DNA of 64,000 nt from contig CM052817.1 in NCBI GenBank assembly GCA_028534125.1, positions 96,040,001 through 96,104,000 of the forward strand, given 5' to 3'. The DNA is from Lama glama (lineage: Eukaryota). This document shows, piece after piece, positions 28,192 through 41,555 of the stretch. A model generated the notes under the pieces. It saw only the letters and a list, made by a program, of their open reading frames with translations, searched no databases and had not been told where the DNA came from. A program made the position numbers and the translations under genes. The first letter of the stretch is position 1. Each line of letters begins with the position of its first letter.

Positions 28192-29300
28192 CTTCAAAAG
28201 ACACTGGTAACAAAATGAGAAGACAAACCACAGACTTGGAGAAATATTTACAAAGAATATATATATATGATGAAGGGCTTGTATCCAGTACATACAAAAC
28301 TCTCAAGGTTCATCAGTAACAAAACAAAACACCCAATTTTTAAAAAAGCAAAATTTTAATAGGCATTTCCCCAGAAAGACATGGATACTAAATAAGCACA
28401 TGAAAAGATACTCATGTTCACCATTACTAGTCACTGGGGAATGCAAATTAAATTAAAAACACAATGAGATATCACTACGCACATATCAGAATGGCTAAAA
28501 TTTAAAAGAATGACACAACCATGCGATGTGGAACACTGGAATTCTCATATGCTGATGTTTAAAATGTAAAATGGTACAACCACTTTGGAAAATACTTGGG
28601 CAACTTCTTAAAAAGTTAAACATACACCAGTGGTAAAGAGAAGAGTGTTTGTATATTGATAGGCATGGTCCACTCCAGAAGCTATTTATAGATGATTTAT
28701 ATTTATTGGTGATTCTTCCCTTGGTTGAAAGGTCCTAAAACACACACCTATTAGATAATCCAGCCATTTCACTACTAAGTATTCCCAAGAGAAATGAAAG
28801 TATATGTCCACTTAGAGATTTGTACACAATGTCCATAGCCCAAAAGCGGAAACTGCCCAAATGTCCACCAACAAGTGAATGGATAATCAAATTTTGGCAA
28901 ATCCATACAAGATACTACTATTCAGCAATAAAAAGGACTGAATTATTGATACACACAACAGGTGAATCTCAAAATAATCATGCTGAGTAAAAGAAGACAG
29001 AAATGAAAAAAAAAAAAACAGAGTACATGCTCCATGATTCTATCATACAAAACTTTAGAAAATGTAAACTAACCGATAGTGACAGAAAACAGGTCAGTGG
29101 TTGCCTGGGGAAGAGGGACGCTAAGACAGCAGAGAGGGATGACAAAGGCATACAAGGAACCTTTTGAGGGTTATGGATAAGCTCACTGTCTCAATCATGG
29201 TGATGGTTTCACAGGTACACACATATGTCAAAATGCTAAGTTGCTGAAATTTGTCCAGTTTTTGTATGTCGATGATATGTCAATAAACCTTTTTTAAAAA
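28192..29300 (+). mobile_element. Old L1 (L1M-type) 3' fragment
   Basis: aagacactgg..aaatgagaagacaaaccacagacttggagaaatattt; aagcacatgaaaagata; aaatggtacaaccactttggaaaa; 3' UTR to caataaa. Confidence 0.85.
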
Positions 29301-30006
29301 AGAACATAGCAGGTGCTGAATAAACATTTTTGGAATGAATAAAATGAATGATGATGAAAATAGATGTGAAGAAAGCAAAATCCTGAGAATGAATTGCAGT
29401 CAGAAACCCTTGTATCTTCCCTCATCCAGCAGTATTCTTTTCTGAATGATGGCATATTAGTAGAAAAGGAGGAATAAGCTACTACAAAGCAGAGTCCAAA
29501 GTTTTAGGGCTTTTCGGCCAAGAACCACCTACAAGCAGCTCCTGAAATAGACAACCGCTATCTCGAATACACAAGCATTTTTCTTTTGCCACAGTCCCCT
29601 AGCAGTTGGATAATTTCTTTGAACTTATCTTAGAAATCTGGCCTCATTTCTCCTTTTTTATCACTTGAAGATCACTTGCCATTAAACTTATACTGACCCT
29701 TTTTCCATGAACGTAGTCTGCCCTAAATTCTTTTAAGAACAAAGGAATGGCCATAGCGGGTGTCCTCTCAGTTCATGTGTCTTGGATGTAAAAGTCCTTT
29801 TCTTTGGATTCCTTGTCCTCTGTCTCCTAATTTCCCACTGAGATAGAAAAATCATCATCTCTATTTCATTTTACCTCCCTTGCTCTTCTCTTTGAAATCC
29901 TAAATTCCACTCATTATCATCTGTTTTAGCATCATCCTAATACATGAGGCCACCCACTTCTATCATAAGCTGCTATAGTTACGCATTTTTGTGACATGAC
30001 TCCTTA

Positions 30007-30201
<195 letters not shown>

Positions 30202-31310
30202 TTATAAGTAGGTTTTTTTTTCAGCTATAAATAGTTTTTGCTACATTCATTTTAAAAGAGCAGAGCTGAGTAACTGTAAACAGGAGTCTGTTTATTGACA
30301 CACATACTTGTTGAGATGAGACAACTCTGTTGAGGCAACATGGCTTAGCAGATGATACAAATGTGTGGGGAAGTTCTCACTCCATTCCATGGGCCTGGGT
30401 GTTTTCATTTTTCAAATTACTTAAACACTCGTACAATTCAAAAAACAATCAAGTTACAGTGAATGTGGTCATTGAAAGATAATCAAAATAGTAAATCATT
30501 TGGGGAGCATATATAATCTTAGTTATTATCAAGTATCTTTCCCTTCCATTTTTTTTTTGTAGGAAGGCTTTTGGAAAAATAAAACTTTAAAACCTCTTCC
30601 AAAGTTCAAAAGTATTTAACAAATCACAAGCTTGTATTTGCTGATTCCTTCCAGTGAAACAGCAATTCTCAAACTTGCATCTCATAGGAGACATTTTCGT
30701 ATTGCTGTAGTATCATTACAAAAATAGGCATGACACAATTATACACAACTTGGATTCAGAACCTGTAGTAAATTCTAAATTTGATTTTTATTAAAGTATG
30801 TGTACACTCCCCAGATCATGACAAGGAGTCTATACTCTTAGTTTAGAATAGAAAATACATTGCATGATAAGCAAGTGAAATTATGAATAGTAAATCCAAG
30901 TAGTTACAGTAAAAACAACTTACTCGACATTTATACATTCTAGGGACAGTGAGTGGCTGACCCACCTAAAGTGGAAAGTTCACACAGGACTCAAGGACAC
31001 AGAGTATCTGGCTAGTATTTTGAATGTAGGCTCACAAGTGATTTTTATTCAATTTTGTAATAATGTATTGTCTAATCTTCATGCAATGAATTTATATTAG
31101 TTCTCAAATACAAGTTTTAATTAATCTTGACTGACAACTTAAGAAAAAAACCTTAAATGGAATTTCCAGCTCAGCTCACTTCAGTGTGATCTTTTAAGGT
31201 TGATTTTCCCAAGTGATCTGTAAAGCAGTCTGTCCAAATATGAATTCCCAGTCTCAGAGCCTTCCTGGTCATCTCACCATCAACAGCACTAATACTTACT
31301 AAGTATTTAT

Positions 31311-31810
31311 NNNNNNNNNNNNNNNNNNNNNNNNNNNNNNNNNNNNNNNNNNNNNNNNNNNNNNNNNNNNNNNNNNNNNNNNNNNNNNNNNNNNNNNNNN
31401 NNNNNNNNNNNNNNNNNNNNNNNNNNNNNNNNNNNNNNNNNNNNNNNNNNNNNNNNNNNNNNNNNNNNNNNNNNNNNNNNNNNNNNNNNNNNNNNNNNNN
31501 NNNNNNNNNNNNNNNNNNNNNNNNNNNNNNNNNNNNNNNNNNNNNNNNNNNNNNNNNNNNNNNNNNNNNNNNNNNNNNNNNNNNNNNNNNNNNNNNNNNN
31601 NNNNNNNNNNNNNNNNNNNNNNNNNNNNNNNNNNNNNNNNNNNNNNNNNNNNNNNNNNNNNNNNNNNNNNNNNNNNNNNNNNNNNNNNNNNNNNNNNNNN
31701 NNNNNNNNNNNNNNNNNNNNNNNNNNNNNNNNNNNNNNNNNNNNNNNNNNNNNNNNNNNNNNNNNNNNNNNNNNNNNNNNNNNNNNNNNNNNNNNNNNNN
31801 NNNNNNNNNN
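31311..31810. other. Assembly gap (500 N)
   Basis: Run of N. Confidence 1.
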
Positions 31811-32129
31811 TAGAATGGAGGTTTGAGCTCAAGAGAACAGAGTTGCTGTAGCTCTGGGATTCTTCAACAATAGATTATGGAAATCAGAAGCATTAATGCA
31901 GCAAATATTTACTTTTAAACTGTGTTAGTTACATCAGTTACTCAATCTCTGAGTATAGTTCATTTACTCATAATATTTATGAATGTTTACTATGTGCCAG
32001 GAACACGAATACACCTTATGATTGCTCGTGGACTTTGTGTTTAATAAAATGGTAATAGGAATCTGTCCCATGAAGCTGATGCGGGATAGTGTATGTATGT
32101 TGCTTTGCATGGAAAAGATGCTGTGTTTT

Positions 32130-33840
32130 TCATTTATTCCACAAATATTTATTGAGCTCCCACTTTGTGCTAGGCATTGTTCTAGATACTGAGGTTACAG
32201 GAAAAGTGAGAGAGAAGGGTTCAGCTTTCCGTGCTGTTCCAATAATGACGTGAAAAAGAAAAGGAACAAGAGGCAATAGGCTCTGTGGTGAAAATAAAAC
32301 CGGCCAAGGGAGAGTAACAAGGAGTTTGCTTTGAGTGGCCGGGGAAGGCCTTTCCAAAGGGGTGCAATTTAAACGGAGACACAAATTATGAGGAAATGTC
32401 CCCTGATGCTGATGCCTGGAAGCTGGCACCCCAGGCAGAGGGAGGACTGGTGAACATCCCATGTCAAATCCCTAAGGTGGCAACGATCTTGACACGTGTG
32501 TTAGTTTCCTGTTGCTGCCTTAACAAGTTACCTCCACTCAGTGGCTTAAAACAACACAAATGTCTTGTCTTACAGTTTGGGGGCTCAGAAGTTCAAAAGG
32601 GCTCTCACTGGGCTAATAACACGTTTGCAAGTCTGCATTCCTTTCTGGGTTTCTAGGGGACAGTCTGTTTCCTTTTCCTGCTTTTAGGGGCTGCCTGCAT
32701 TCCGTGGCTTCTGGCTCCTTTCGTCTTCACAGTCGGCAACGACTCAGCCAGTCTTTCTCAGGATGAACCATTCTGGCATTGCCTTCCTCTTTCAATCTCA
32801 GAGACCCTTCCTATTACAGTGGGCTCACCCAAATATTCCAGGGCAATATTCCTATCTCAAGAGCCTTAATTTAATCATACCTGCCAAGTCCCTTTATAAA
32901 AAAAAAAAATTATAGTATGCTAGAAGTTAACCCGTGCAATTTTTGGTGGGGGAAGGGGTGGTAATTAGATTTATTATTTATTTTTAATGACAGTCCTGGG
33001 GATTGAACCCAGGACCCCGTGCATGCTAGGCATGCACTGTACCACTGAGCTAGACCCTCCCCCACAAAGTACCTTTTGCCCTGTAAAATGACATAGGCAC
33101 AGGTTCTGGGGGTTAGAATGGGACCATCTTTAGGGGCCATTAGTCCGCCCCCTACAGCATGTCAGAGGAGCAGAAGGAAGGCCAAATGCCTGGAATACAG
33201 CAAACTGGGGGGTTGGAGGAGGCAGGGGCCAAATCATCCAGATCATGTAGGTATTTATAGACCAGGTTATAAAGTTGAGAGTTTATTTAAGTGTGATGGG
33301 AAGCTGTGGGAAACTTTTCAGCAAGGGAAAAAAAAATTATTAGAAGGTCACTCTGGCTGGTGGGTAGAGCAGGAACTTTAAAGAAGAAATGAGGTAGGAA
33401 GCTTTTGGAGTGGTTGAAAGGAGACAGCCTGCTGGCCTGCGCTGGAGAGGCAGTGGTCAGGGGGAGTCAGAAAAGGAAGATCGTTTCCAGCTGTGTTACA
33501 GGGGCAGCGACAGCATTTGCTGCTAGGTTGGATTTAGATGAGTTAGGGAAAGAGGAATCAAGGGCGACTCCTAAGGTTTCGCTAAATCCAGGATTTGGGT
33601 GAATGTCGGTATCAATTTACAAAGATAAAAAAGGTGCAGAAGCGCAGAGTTAGGAAAATCAACTTATTTCGTGACAGCTTTGAGGGGCCTGTTAGAAATT
33701 CAGATGGAGATCAGGCAGCTGACTAAACAGTTCACAGAGGCAGATCAGGGCTAGAGATAAAAATTTAGAAGTCATTGGCAGGAGTGGTCTTTAAAGCCAT
33801 GGAACTGGATAAGATTACCCAGGGAGACAGTGCAAACAGA
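32130..33840 (-). mobile_element. L2 remnant with nested MaLR (MLT1) LTR (~32499-33157)
   Basis: Reverse L2 3' end (catttattccacaaatatttattgag..tgtgctaggcattgttctag) and MLT1 text (tgtgttagtttcctgttgctgcc..ggcttaaaacaacacaaat). Confidence 0.75.
32941..33063 (-). mobile_element. tRNA-derived SINE (Vic-1 type)
   Basis: ggggattgaacccagg..gcatgctaggcatgcactgtaccactgagcta. Confidence 0.85.
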
Positions 33841-34007
33841 AAAAAGTCTTAATAAAGGACTACAAGTCAACTACTACCATCCAGAAATCTCACCCTCTTT
33901 CCAGAAATATGGCCCCACTCTACTCAATGATCTTCAATGGCTTTATGTATCTTGCAGAATAAAATCCACATTCCTTAGTCTGACATACACTGATCTACAT
34001 ATCCTGT

Positions 34008-35400
34008 ACAACAGACTGGGTGAATTAAATGACAGAAATTAATTTCTCACGGTCTGGAAGCTGAAAGTCCAAGAGCAAGTTGCTGGCAGGATTGGTTTCT
34101 CCTTGGCTTGCGGATGGCTGCCCTCCTCATGCCCCTTTTCATGTTCTTTTCTCTCTCCATGTACACATCCTTGGTGCCTCATCCTCTTTTTGTTAAGGAC
34201 ACTAGTCACGTAGGATTACCCTAGTCTTATTTTAACTTAATCACTCCTTTAAAGACCTTATTCCTAAGGTCTGGAAGTTGGGAATTCAATGTATGAATTT
34301 GGGGAGGACACAGTGCAGCCCCTAACAATGGACTTACAGAGTAGGACTGAAATGATCAGATGCCACTTCCAAGACTAGATTACAAAAAAACTGTGGCTTC
34401 TGTCTGGGGCCTTCTCTTCAGGCTGCTGTTCCTCTGCTGAGGGAAGCCAGCTGTCATGATATCAGCCACAGAGGAAGGAGCCCAGTGGCAGGGAGATGGC
34501 CTCTCCCTCTGCAGTCAGCCAGGACCTGAGAACTGGAAGGGGCTCCTTCTATAGTATCTCAGGATGACGGCAGCCCTGGCCTCCACTTTCCTGCAGCCAG
34601 TGGACCCAACTGAGCCATGCCCATAGTTCTGACCCCCAGGAACTGTAGGCTAAATCATGTTTGTTGTTTGAAGATATGAAATTGGGGGGTAGTTTGTGAC
34701 CCAGTAATAGATAACTGATATTTAAGCCGAATGGCAAAGAGTTGAAAAGTGGCTGCAGTGAACATGGGTAACTCAGTCAAGATGTTTCGCTGTGCTGTTG
34801 AGCACAGCAATTATGTGGAAACTCTGGAGAGACGTGACTCAGGGAGGGGTTTCTTCCTTTGAAGAGTGATTACAGCACTTTCATATGCCGATGGAATGAT
34901 CCATTAGAAAGGGAGACTTTAATAATGAAGGAGAAATAGGGGCTATGATGGGGAGAATAATGACCTTCCTAAAGGTGTCAACTTCCTAATCTCTAGAACG
35001 TGTAACTCTGTTACCTTACCTGGCAGAAGGGGACTTTGTAGATGCAATTAAATTAAGAACCTCAAGACAACGGAGATTATTCAGGATTATCTAGGTGGAC
35101 CCAGGGAAATGACATAGGTCTTTAAAAGATGGAAGAGTCAGACATGGAGATGTGAGGTGGAAGTGGAGTTTGGAGTGATTGGATTACTAGAAGTAAGGCA
35201 TGAGCCAAGAAATGTGGGCAAGCTCTAGCAGCTGGAGAAAACAAAAAGATGGGTTCCCTCTGAGGGAACACCTTAGTTTCAGCCCAGTGGGACTCATTTT
35301 GGGTTTCTGACCTCTTAAACTATAAGATAATAAATTGGTGTGGTATTAAGCTACTCTATGTGTGGTAATTTGTTACAGCAGCAGTAGGAAACTCTTACGG
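34008..35400. mobile_element. Cluster of three MaLR (MLT1) LTR remnants
   Basis: Typical MLT1 motifs at 34010-34330 (-), 34330-34720 (+), 34945-35400 (+; ..gtggtaatttgttacagcagcagtaggaaac). Confidence 0.7.
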
Positions 35401-37867
35401 TGGCTAACTGCTGTAAGAGAGGACTTGAGAAGGTAAATATTGACCCTTTCTATAAAGATGGGAAGGAGGATAGAAACTTTTTGCTCTCATGTAGCTGAAG
35501 CCAAGGGGAATTCAGAGCACAGGCAAAGCCTCTGTATTCCCAGGCCATATTAACCTACAGAATGACCACATGTCCTTCAGAAAGGTTGTTTCCATATTAT
35601 AGTTTAGAATTTATTTAAGGGATACATAAAGCAAGGGTATAAAGATAGGTCCAGAAGAGGAGATATTACATTGCCTAGCTTCATATTGTTCTGGTTATCT
35701 ACTACGGGGTAACAAACCACCCCAAAACATGGAGACTTCGATGAACCAGCTGCTTCTCTATTTTAAGAGCTCTTTCCAGAACTCCATCCTGCAGCATTAC
35801 CCTTCATTGCCTCCTTCTGTTTTGTTTTGCTTTGTTGTTTAAGTGGCAGAGCCAGGATTTAATCTTAGACAGTCTAGTTCCAGCCTTTATGCTGGGGTTT
35901 GTTTTGTTTTGTTTTGTTTTGTTTTAATGGAAGTATAGTCAGTTTACAATGTTGTGTCAATTTGTGATGTACAGCATAATGCTTCAATCACACATATACA
36001 TACACATTCCTTTTCATGTTCTTTTCCATTGCCTCTTTTTGTAATGTATAACTAATCAATTACCAAGAATAGTTGTTTTTTTTTTCCCAAAATTGTAGTT
36101 TCTTATATCCAATCCTTCCTGCTTGCTATATATTACTACCCTAGTTCAACCCTCATTTCCTTTTACCTGGACCAGCGCAGTCGACTCTACCTAACTGATC
36201 TTCCCGTCTCTGTAACTCTAATTACACCACCTGTCTGCTCAAGTAATATTTAAAATCTTGCCAGCCTGATGCCTGGAACACCATAGGTCTGTGCTCATGA
36301 GAGAGCCTCCCTGAGTTGGATCAGCTCTGGGATGACAGAGTCAGAAAGAGCCCCTTAGTGGTAGTGAACACACCAAGGCAAATAACTTCTTAGTGGCCAG
36401 CCAGCTAGTCTTCTGGTAACTCCCCAACCATAGTCTGCCATTCAAACAACAATAGGTAATATTTTCCTCATTTTTCAGATATGAAAATGAGCTAAAATTT
36501 TTCCTGTGACCCGTTAAGTGGCAGAGCCAGGCTTCCAACCTATGTAAGCTTGACCTCAGAACCCCAGGCAGTGCAGCTCAGTGGTTAAGAATTTACCTCC
36601 AAGCATCCAAGGGCCCAAGTTAGAATCCTAACTCTGCTACTTACTGAAATACCCATGTGACTCTGGGAAACTCACTTGACATTTCTTGGCCTCGGTTTCT
36701 ACATCTGAAAATGGGGGATAATTGTAGAACATACCTCTTAGAAGGTGTTATGATGATAAATAAATGTATCAAAAATAATCAGTGTCAAAAAATATTGTGA
36801 TGTTGCCTCCTTTATATCTCAAACCACATTAAGTCTTATATCTTTTATGAAAGCTTTTCTGTTCTCTTGAGCCAGAAATAATCTTACACTCTTGTATGTT
36901 TCCTTCTTTGTTGCCATTACCATAAAGTTATTTGTGTCCACACCTTCCTACACTAGGTTGGAAACTTCTCAAGAATTAAGATTGTGGTTTTTTCCCATCT
37001 TACTGTCATCCACACCCGCTACCATAGCACCATGAGATACAATAAATATTTGATAGATATTGTCTTGAATAGTTGGTGTGGAATCAGGAAGTATAATGTA
37101 GAGGAAAGAAAAACAACAGAGTTTATCTCATGGTGGGTGATTAAAAAAAGTGTTTTTTTTGATTCTTTAACTGCTAACTGCTCCCAAGTTCCGCATAGTT
37201 ATAAGTTGTCCCAAGTAGCGGTGGCAGTCACTGAGTGATAGGTGCTGGGGGATGGAAGTAGGGAGTACTGATAATGGCCACACTGGAGAAAGAGTCAGAA
37301 AAATCTGTGTCCTAGCCCTGACCCTGCTCTCATTAGCTGAGACCTTCAAACCTTCATCTTCAAATGTTAATTTATTTCCCAATTCAAAAGGGCTGACATA
37401 ATAAATTAACATACATTCAGGTATTTCCTTACCACCTAATCAGAACCTGACTGGTAAACTCAGAATTATGGTGTTCGTGTGAGTGGGTAAAGAAATGTGG
37501 GCTCTTAGAAAATAAATGGTGTGAATCTATCAACATGAAAAAAACCCGCAGGCTTTAGAATCATTCAGTTTCTTTAGAACCAATTGACCACTCATTTATT
37601 CAAATAAATATGAAATTACTTTCACGTTAAGGCAGTATCATGTACTAACCATTTATTTTTGGCCTGTAACATAATCTCTCTGTGACTTGATTTCTTCATC
37701 GGTGAAAATGTGCCCCCAAAATGCCTGTGTCAAGTATTCAGCGCCACAAGGGATACATGCCTAATAATGGGTGGTGGTGATGAAAATTATTGTTGGTTAT
37801 ATCTGTGTAGTTATTCTTTTTGTTGTTATTACAGCGTGTGTCAGAATTAAAAATGTTCCTGGATCAG

Positions 37868-38051
37868 TTTATTTCTTTCAGTTCTATATCACCCCATCAA
37901 TTCATGTGTTTGGCAGCATATATCCTCAGTGTTTGGTGTAGACGCAGCCAAGCTACATGCTTCAGGTCATATATGCATGAGTGCTTGGTGTAGACAGAGC
38001 ATAAATGCCCCCCATGATAAGTATGGCGCCAGTAAAAAAGAAAGTATAAAC
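37868..38051 (-). pseudogene. Terminal exon N of the decayed gene with stop codon and polyadenylation signal
   Basis: ctcctttgctag|GT; phase-1 frame open for 50 codons (LYFLFYWRHTYHGGHLCSVYTKHSCIYDLKHVAWLRLHQTLRIYAAKHMN*), TGA 37899-37897, AATAAA 37873-37868. Confidence 0.65.
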
Positions 38052-38279
38052 CTAGCAAAGGAGTCTCTGAATCTAATAAATATCTAATAACATGAAATAA
38101 GTATAGGTGAAAAACAAGTGAATAGTTTAAAATTGAGTCTCTTAATTTCTTAGGTTCAAACCAAACAACTAGTCGCTTCCATGTGCTTCAGGCTGGCTGC
38201 CGGTGCTGTAATAATTCACCCAAACCTCACCAAGGCTTTTGTGTCCTCATGATGCTCTTAACTCAACCCACTCCCATAC

Positions 38280-38364
38280 CTCCCATCGAGAATTTCTCAA
38301 GTTTTAGCATGAGCTCATAAGGAGTTTGGAGGTATAGAACTCCATTCAGACAAGTTTACAGCAC
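38280..38364 (-). pseudogene. Exon M of the decayed gene (85 bp, phase 0 to 1)
   Basis: cttctgtgcattgccag|GTG...GGAG|gtatgg; VL*TCLNGVLYLQTPYELMLKLEKFSMG. Confidence 0.65.
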
Positions 38365-38936
38365 CTGGCAATGCACAGAAGCAATTTGATTGAATAATCA
38401 TTTCATGGGACTTATTTACCCCTGATGAATAACTTGTGAAAATTACACAGGGCATGGTAATATTAGTTTATATTTTTCTTTTGAGAAGTTAAGTCATTTA
38501 TATTCTTTTTAACCATTCGAAGTAATTACAAATATAATGAAAAACAATCCAGAAGGACATAATCTTCAACATGTTATGTAATCTTCCAACAAACCCATAT
38601 TTAAGAGCAACTGTTCTGATCAGAGAATACTTTTTATACTAGTGAACATTGTTCGCTCCAAAATGTTACCATGAAAGAAAATGTTGACTTATCGTCCTGT
38701 ATTCTAAACATAACAAAGATAAAGATATATGGTGTCCTTGCCAATTACAGCAGAAAACTACCAATACAGGCATAATTTGAAAATATAGTGGAGCTAGCAA
38801 GCTAATTTCCAAAATAAATATCTGGTGTTCCTCTTCTCTGAGTGTTGCTAAAATGCTTTACGGAGATAGAGCACTGTTTTCTTCTTTGATATTGGCTCTC
38901 TCTAGAACAATTCACAGACTAATGTTAAACACTTAC

Positions 38937-39261
38937 GAAAATTCCAACTCATACATAGGAGGCCATGTTTTGCATTTGACTGGAAGTATAACCACTTCTT
39001 TTTTTTCCCTGCACAGGAATTTAGGCACTTGGTTTCTATTGTATTTGGTTTAATGACAGTTATGCATGGAGATTCCCTGAATTCAAATGCAACTATGCCT
39101 TCTTCACTTTGATAGGGACGGGGTTTGTCAGAGGGAGATGTAAGGCTACCTTCTTTCTGTAACCCACCCTGGGTGAACGTGTCTCTTGGCAGAAGACTTT
39201 CTGCTTCCATGGTTTGTGGAAACTCTCCATCTAATAGTTTCTCAGTCTCTTAAGTGGAAAT
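38937..39261 (-). pseudogene. Exon L of the decayed gene (325 bp = 108 codons +1; frameshift plausibly in the A8 run)
   Basis: ccttaatttcctgagacag|ATT...TTC|gtaagt; IST*ETEKLLDGEFPQTMEAESLLPRDTFTQGGLQKEGSLTSPSDKPRPYQSEEGIVAFEFRESPCITVIKPNTIETKCLNSCAGKK/RSGYTSSQMQNMASYV*VGIF. An internal acceptor (tgcag|GG, 39009) is an alternative reading. Confidence 0.6.
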
Positions 39262-41197
39262 CTGTCTCAGGAAATTAAGGACAGAGAGGAGAGTAGACAG
39301 CAGTGGATGATAAGCTATTGGGAGGCACAGTAAATAATGGAAGGAAATGCAGCCCGAAAGAGAGGGATCATTTGAGGCTATTAGATGACAAATCCACTTC
39401 AATGCAGTTATTATGCCTGTAAATATAGAAAAATGATAATGTTGACAACTCTTCATCACACAATCTGTGTCATTAATAAATTATGAAGGATAGAAAGAGT
39501 AAAAGAAATAAAGCCAACACCCTGCATAACAATATCAAAGAAGCACTTGGAAAAACTAGGTAAGCTAAAAACAGAGACAGAACTTGGCACCTTTAACAGA
39601 GAATGACTGAGATAAAAAGGGACAATTCAGAAGCATGTGTGCGTGGAAAATAGTATGAACTGTGTTGTTTAAATATGTAACTTTACCATATATTATCAGC
39701 AAAAAATTAATATACAATAATTACCATGTAATTTTTTTAAAATGTTGGTTTCCAAGGAGAAGACAGCTGCCTACATTCCTGTAGGGCAGGTGAAAGATCG
39801 TTTATAGAGTGGTTGTCCACCTCATATTCCTGAGGGAAACGTCAAACCCATTAAAATCCTCCCAAGGGCATTTTTATCTCCTCCTAGAAAATTACATCTA
39901 GCTTTTCCTCTGAATGCCTCCTAAGATGGGGCATCACTGGAGTTACAAGTCCAGTGTAAGAAAGAGCAAAGATCTAAAAGAAATTTGGAGAGCCTTATGT
40001 GTCTGTGACTAAGAGACGTGTATGTATCAGGTTCGTGGAGCTCCCCAAAACTGCACAAAGAAGAGACTTGAATGATTAATACAAAGGCTTTGTAATTAGA
40101 ATGGGTGGTAGAGCTCATTCTCAATGGCAAAACTCCCGACTCTAGTTGGGCACATGGCCGCCAGATTACAGCTGCCTTTACAGCTAGTAAATGGGCACAT
40201 GACTAAGTTCCAGGAATAGAATGGAACTAGAAGTACCTGACTTCTAGGACAATTTTTATGGAAAGGGCATATTCGCTTCTTTATACCCTTCTTCTTGCTG
40301 GCTGCGATGAAGATAGAAAGACTTAAATCCCAGCAGCCATCTTCCACCAAGCTGGCAGCGCAGTAAGATGTGAGCATCCTGGAGGTGTCATGGTAGCTCT
40401 GGCCTGCCTGCTGCCAGAGTGCATGTGCATAAGTGAGATACGAACGCCTATCTTGGTCAGCGCTACTGTTGTGAGTTTTCTATCGCTTATAGCCAAGCCG
40501 AATCTTAATTAATATGCCGTGCATTTCTGAAAACTAGAAAAGTAAGCAGTGATCTCTTGATCTAACAAGTAATCAAAAAAGTAAATTGCTAACCCTAGTG
40601 CCTAACTGGTTGCTATCAACTCATACAGTCTTTTGAGCTTACACAGAGTAGAAACTGAATCAGCTGTGATAGATTAATTACTTGGTTTTGGGGAGGTTAT
40701 TTTTCTTATAAAGTTATTGTGAGGTTATCAATGTTGATAATTGATTTTCATCACTTGCTTCTATTCATCTGTGCTTGACCAATTTCTCATTTTTTCTTCT
40801 AAAACGTTGCATCCCACACTTGAGACAATGAAGAATTTCAAAACACCATAGCTAAGAACCTAAACATTCACCTGTGGCTACCCATATGCTCGTTCCATGC
40901 AGCTATGATCCAAGTGGTTTTTTCCACAGCTGTCCTCTGTAAGTCGTTGGAAAACATCTATCACAGTGACCTTCATACATCTTCAAAACTCATAGGCTTT
41001 ACTGTACCTTGCAGGCTCTCCTGGTGCCCAGCTGGCATCACTGATGGTGACTCACACACCTTCCTCCTTGGCAATTTTGCAGAAAAGCAATAGATTATTA
41101 AGTGGAGAACTAAGACTGGAGTTTGCTGTTGTGATTGCTCTACCTGTCTTGGTAAATCCAACTTATGCATACTACTTGGAGGCAGGAAAATTCTGAC

Positions 41198-41440
41198 CTT
41201 GGGGCCAGAAGCTGTATCTGAACATGGTTTAGAGCCACCCTGACCAGGCATCCAGCGAATTATTTTTGAATACACTGCATCTCTTAGCATCATTCTTGAG
41301 GTGGGCTCATGAACGCTAAGTGGCCCTGGGTACTGGGGGTGAAACTCGAAGAATGAGGAAGAAAACAAGTGCCACTAGCATTTTCCAAGGGAACTGTCAC
41401 CTTCTTCTTCTACTTCAAGGGCCTTGGCAATTGTGTATCC
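41198..41440 (-). pseudogene. Exon K of the decayed gene (243 bp, phase 0 to 0; may extend to a second donor at 40872)
   Basis: cctttgtttctag|GGA...AAG|gtcaga; GYTIAKALEVEEEGDSSLGKC*WHLFSSSFFEFHPQYPGPLSVHEPTSRMMLRDAVYSKIIRWMPGQGGSKPCSDTASGPK; frame stays open to 40973 (ORF track), and CAG|gtgaat at 40872 is an alternative end needing one frameshift. Confidence 0.6.
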
Positions 41441-41555
41441 CTAGAAACAAAGGATTGAGTAACTGGAACAATGGTATTTCCTAGTCTATACAGTTTAGCA
41501 AACCAGAGATCTTAATTTCACACCTCCAAATTACTAGCCCAGTCATTCTCTTATA

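Larger units (their letters stand above)
25620..29350 (+). mobile_element. L2 LINE remnant interrupted by the solo LTR, a MaLR LTR (~27620-27990) and an L1
   Basis: C/T-rich L2 ORF2-like text (ttccaccaaaaccactctcgtcagggttaccagtaacctt; cccagggctcagtccttgaacctcttctctt) and L2 3' end (aataaacatttttggaatgaat) at ~29320-29350. Confidence 0.7.

Noticed and set aside
30924..30965. 42-bp minus-strand micro-exon (tttag|GTGG...CGA|gtaagt)
   Set aside because: Splice sites are decent but there is no other support; such pairs arise by chance.
31299..31832. 177-aa ORF in the track
   Set aside because: Artefact of the N gap.
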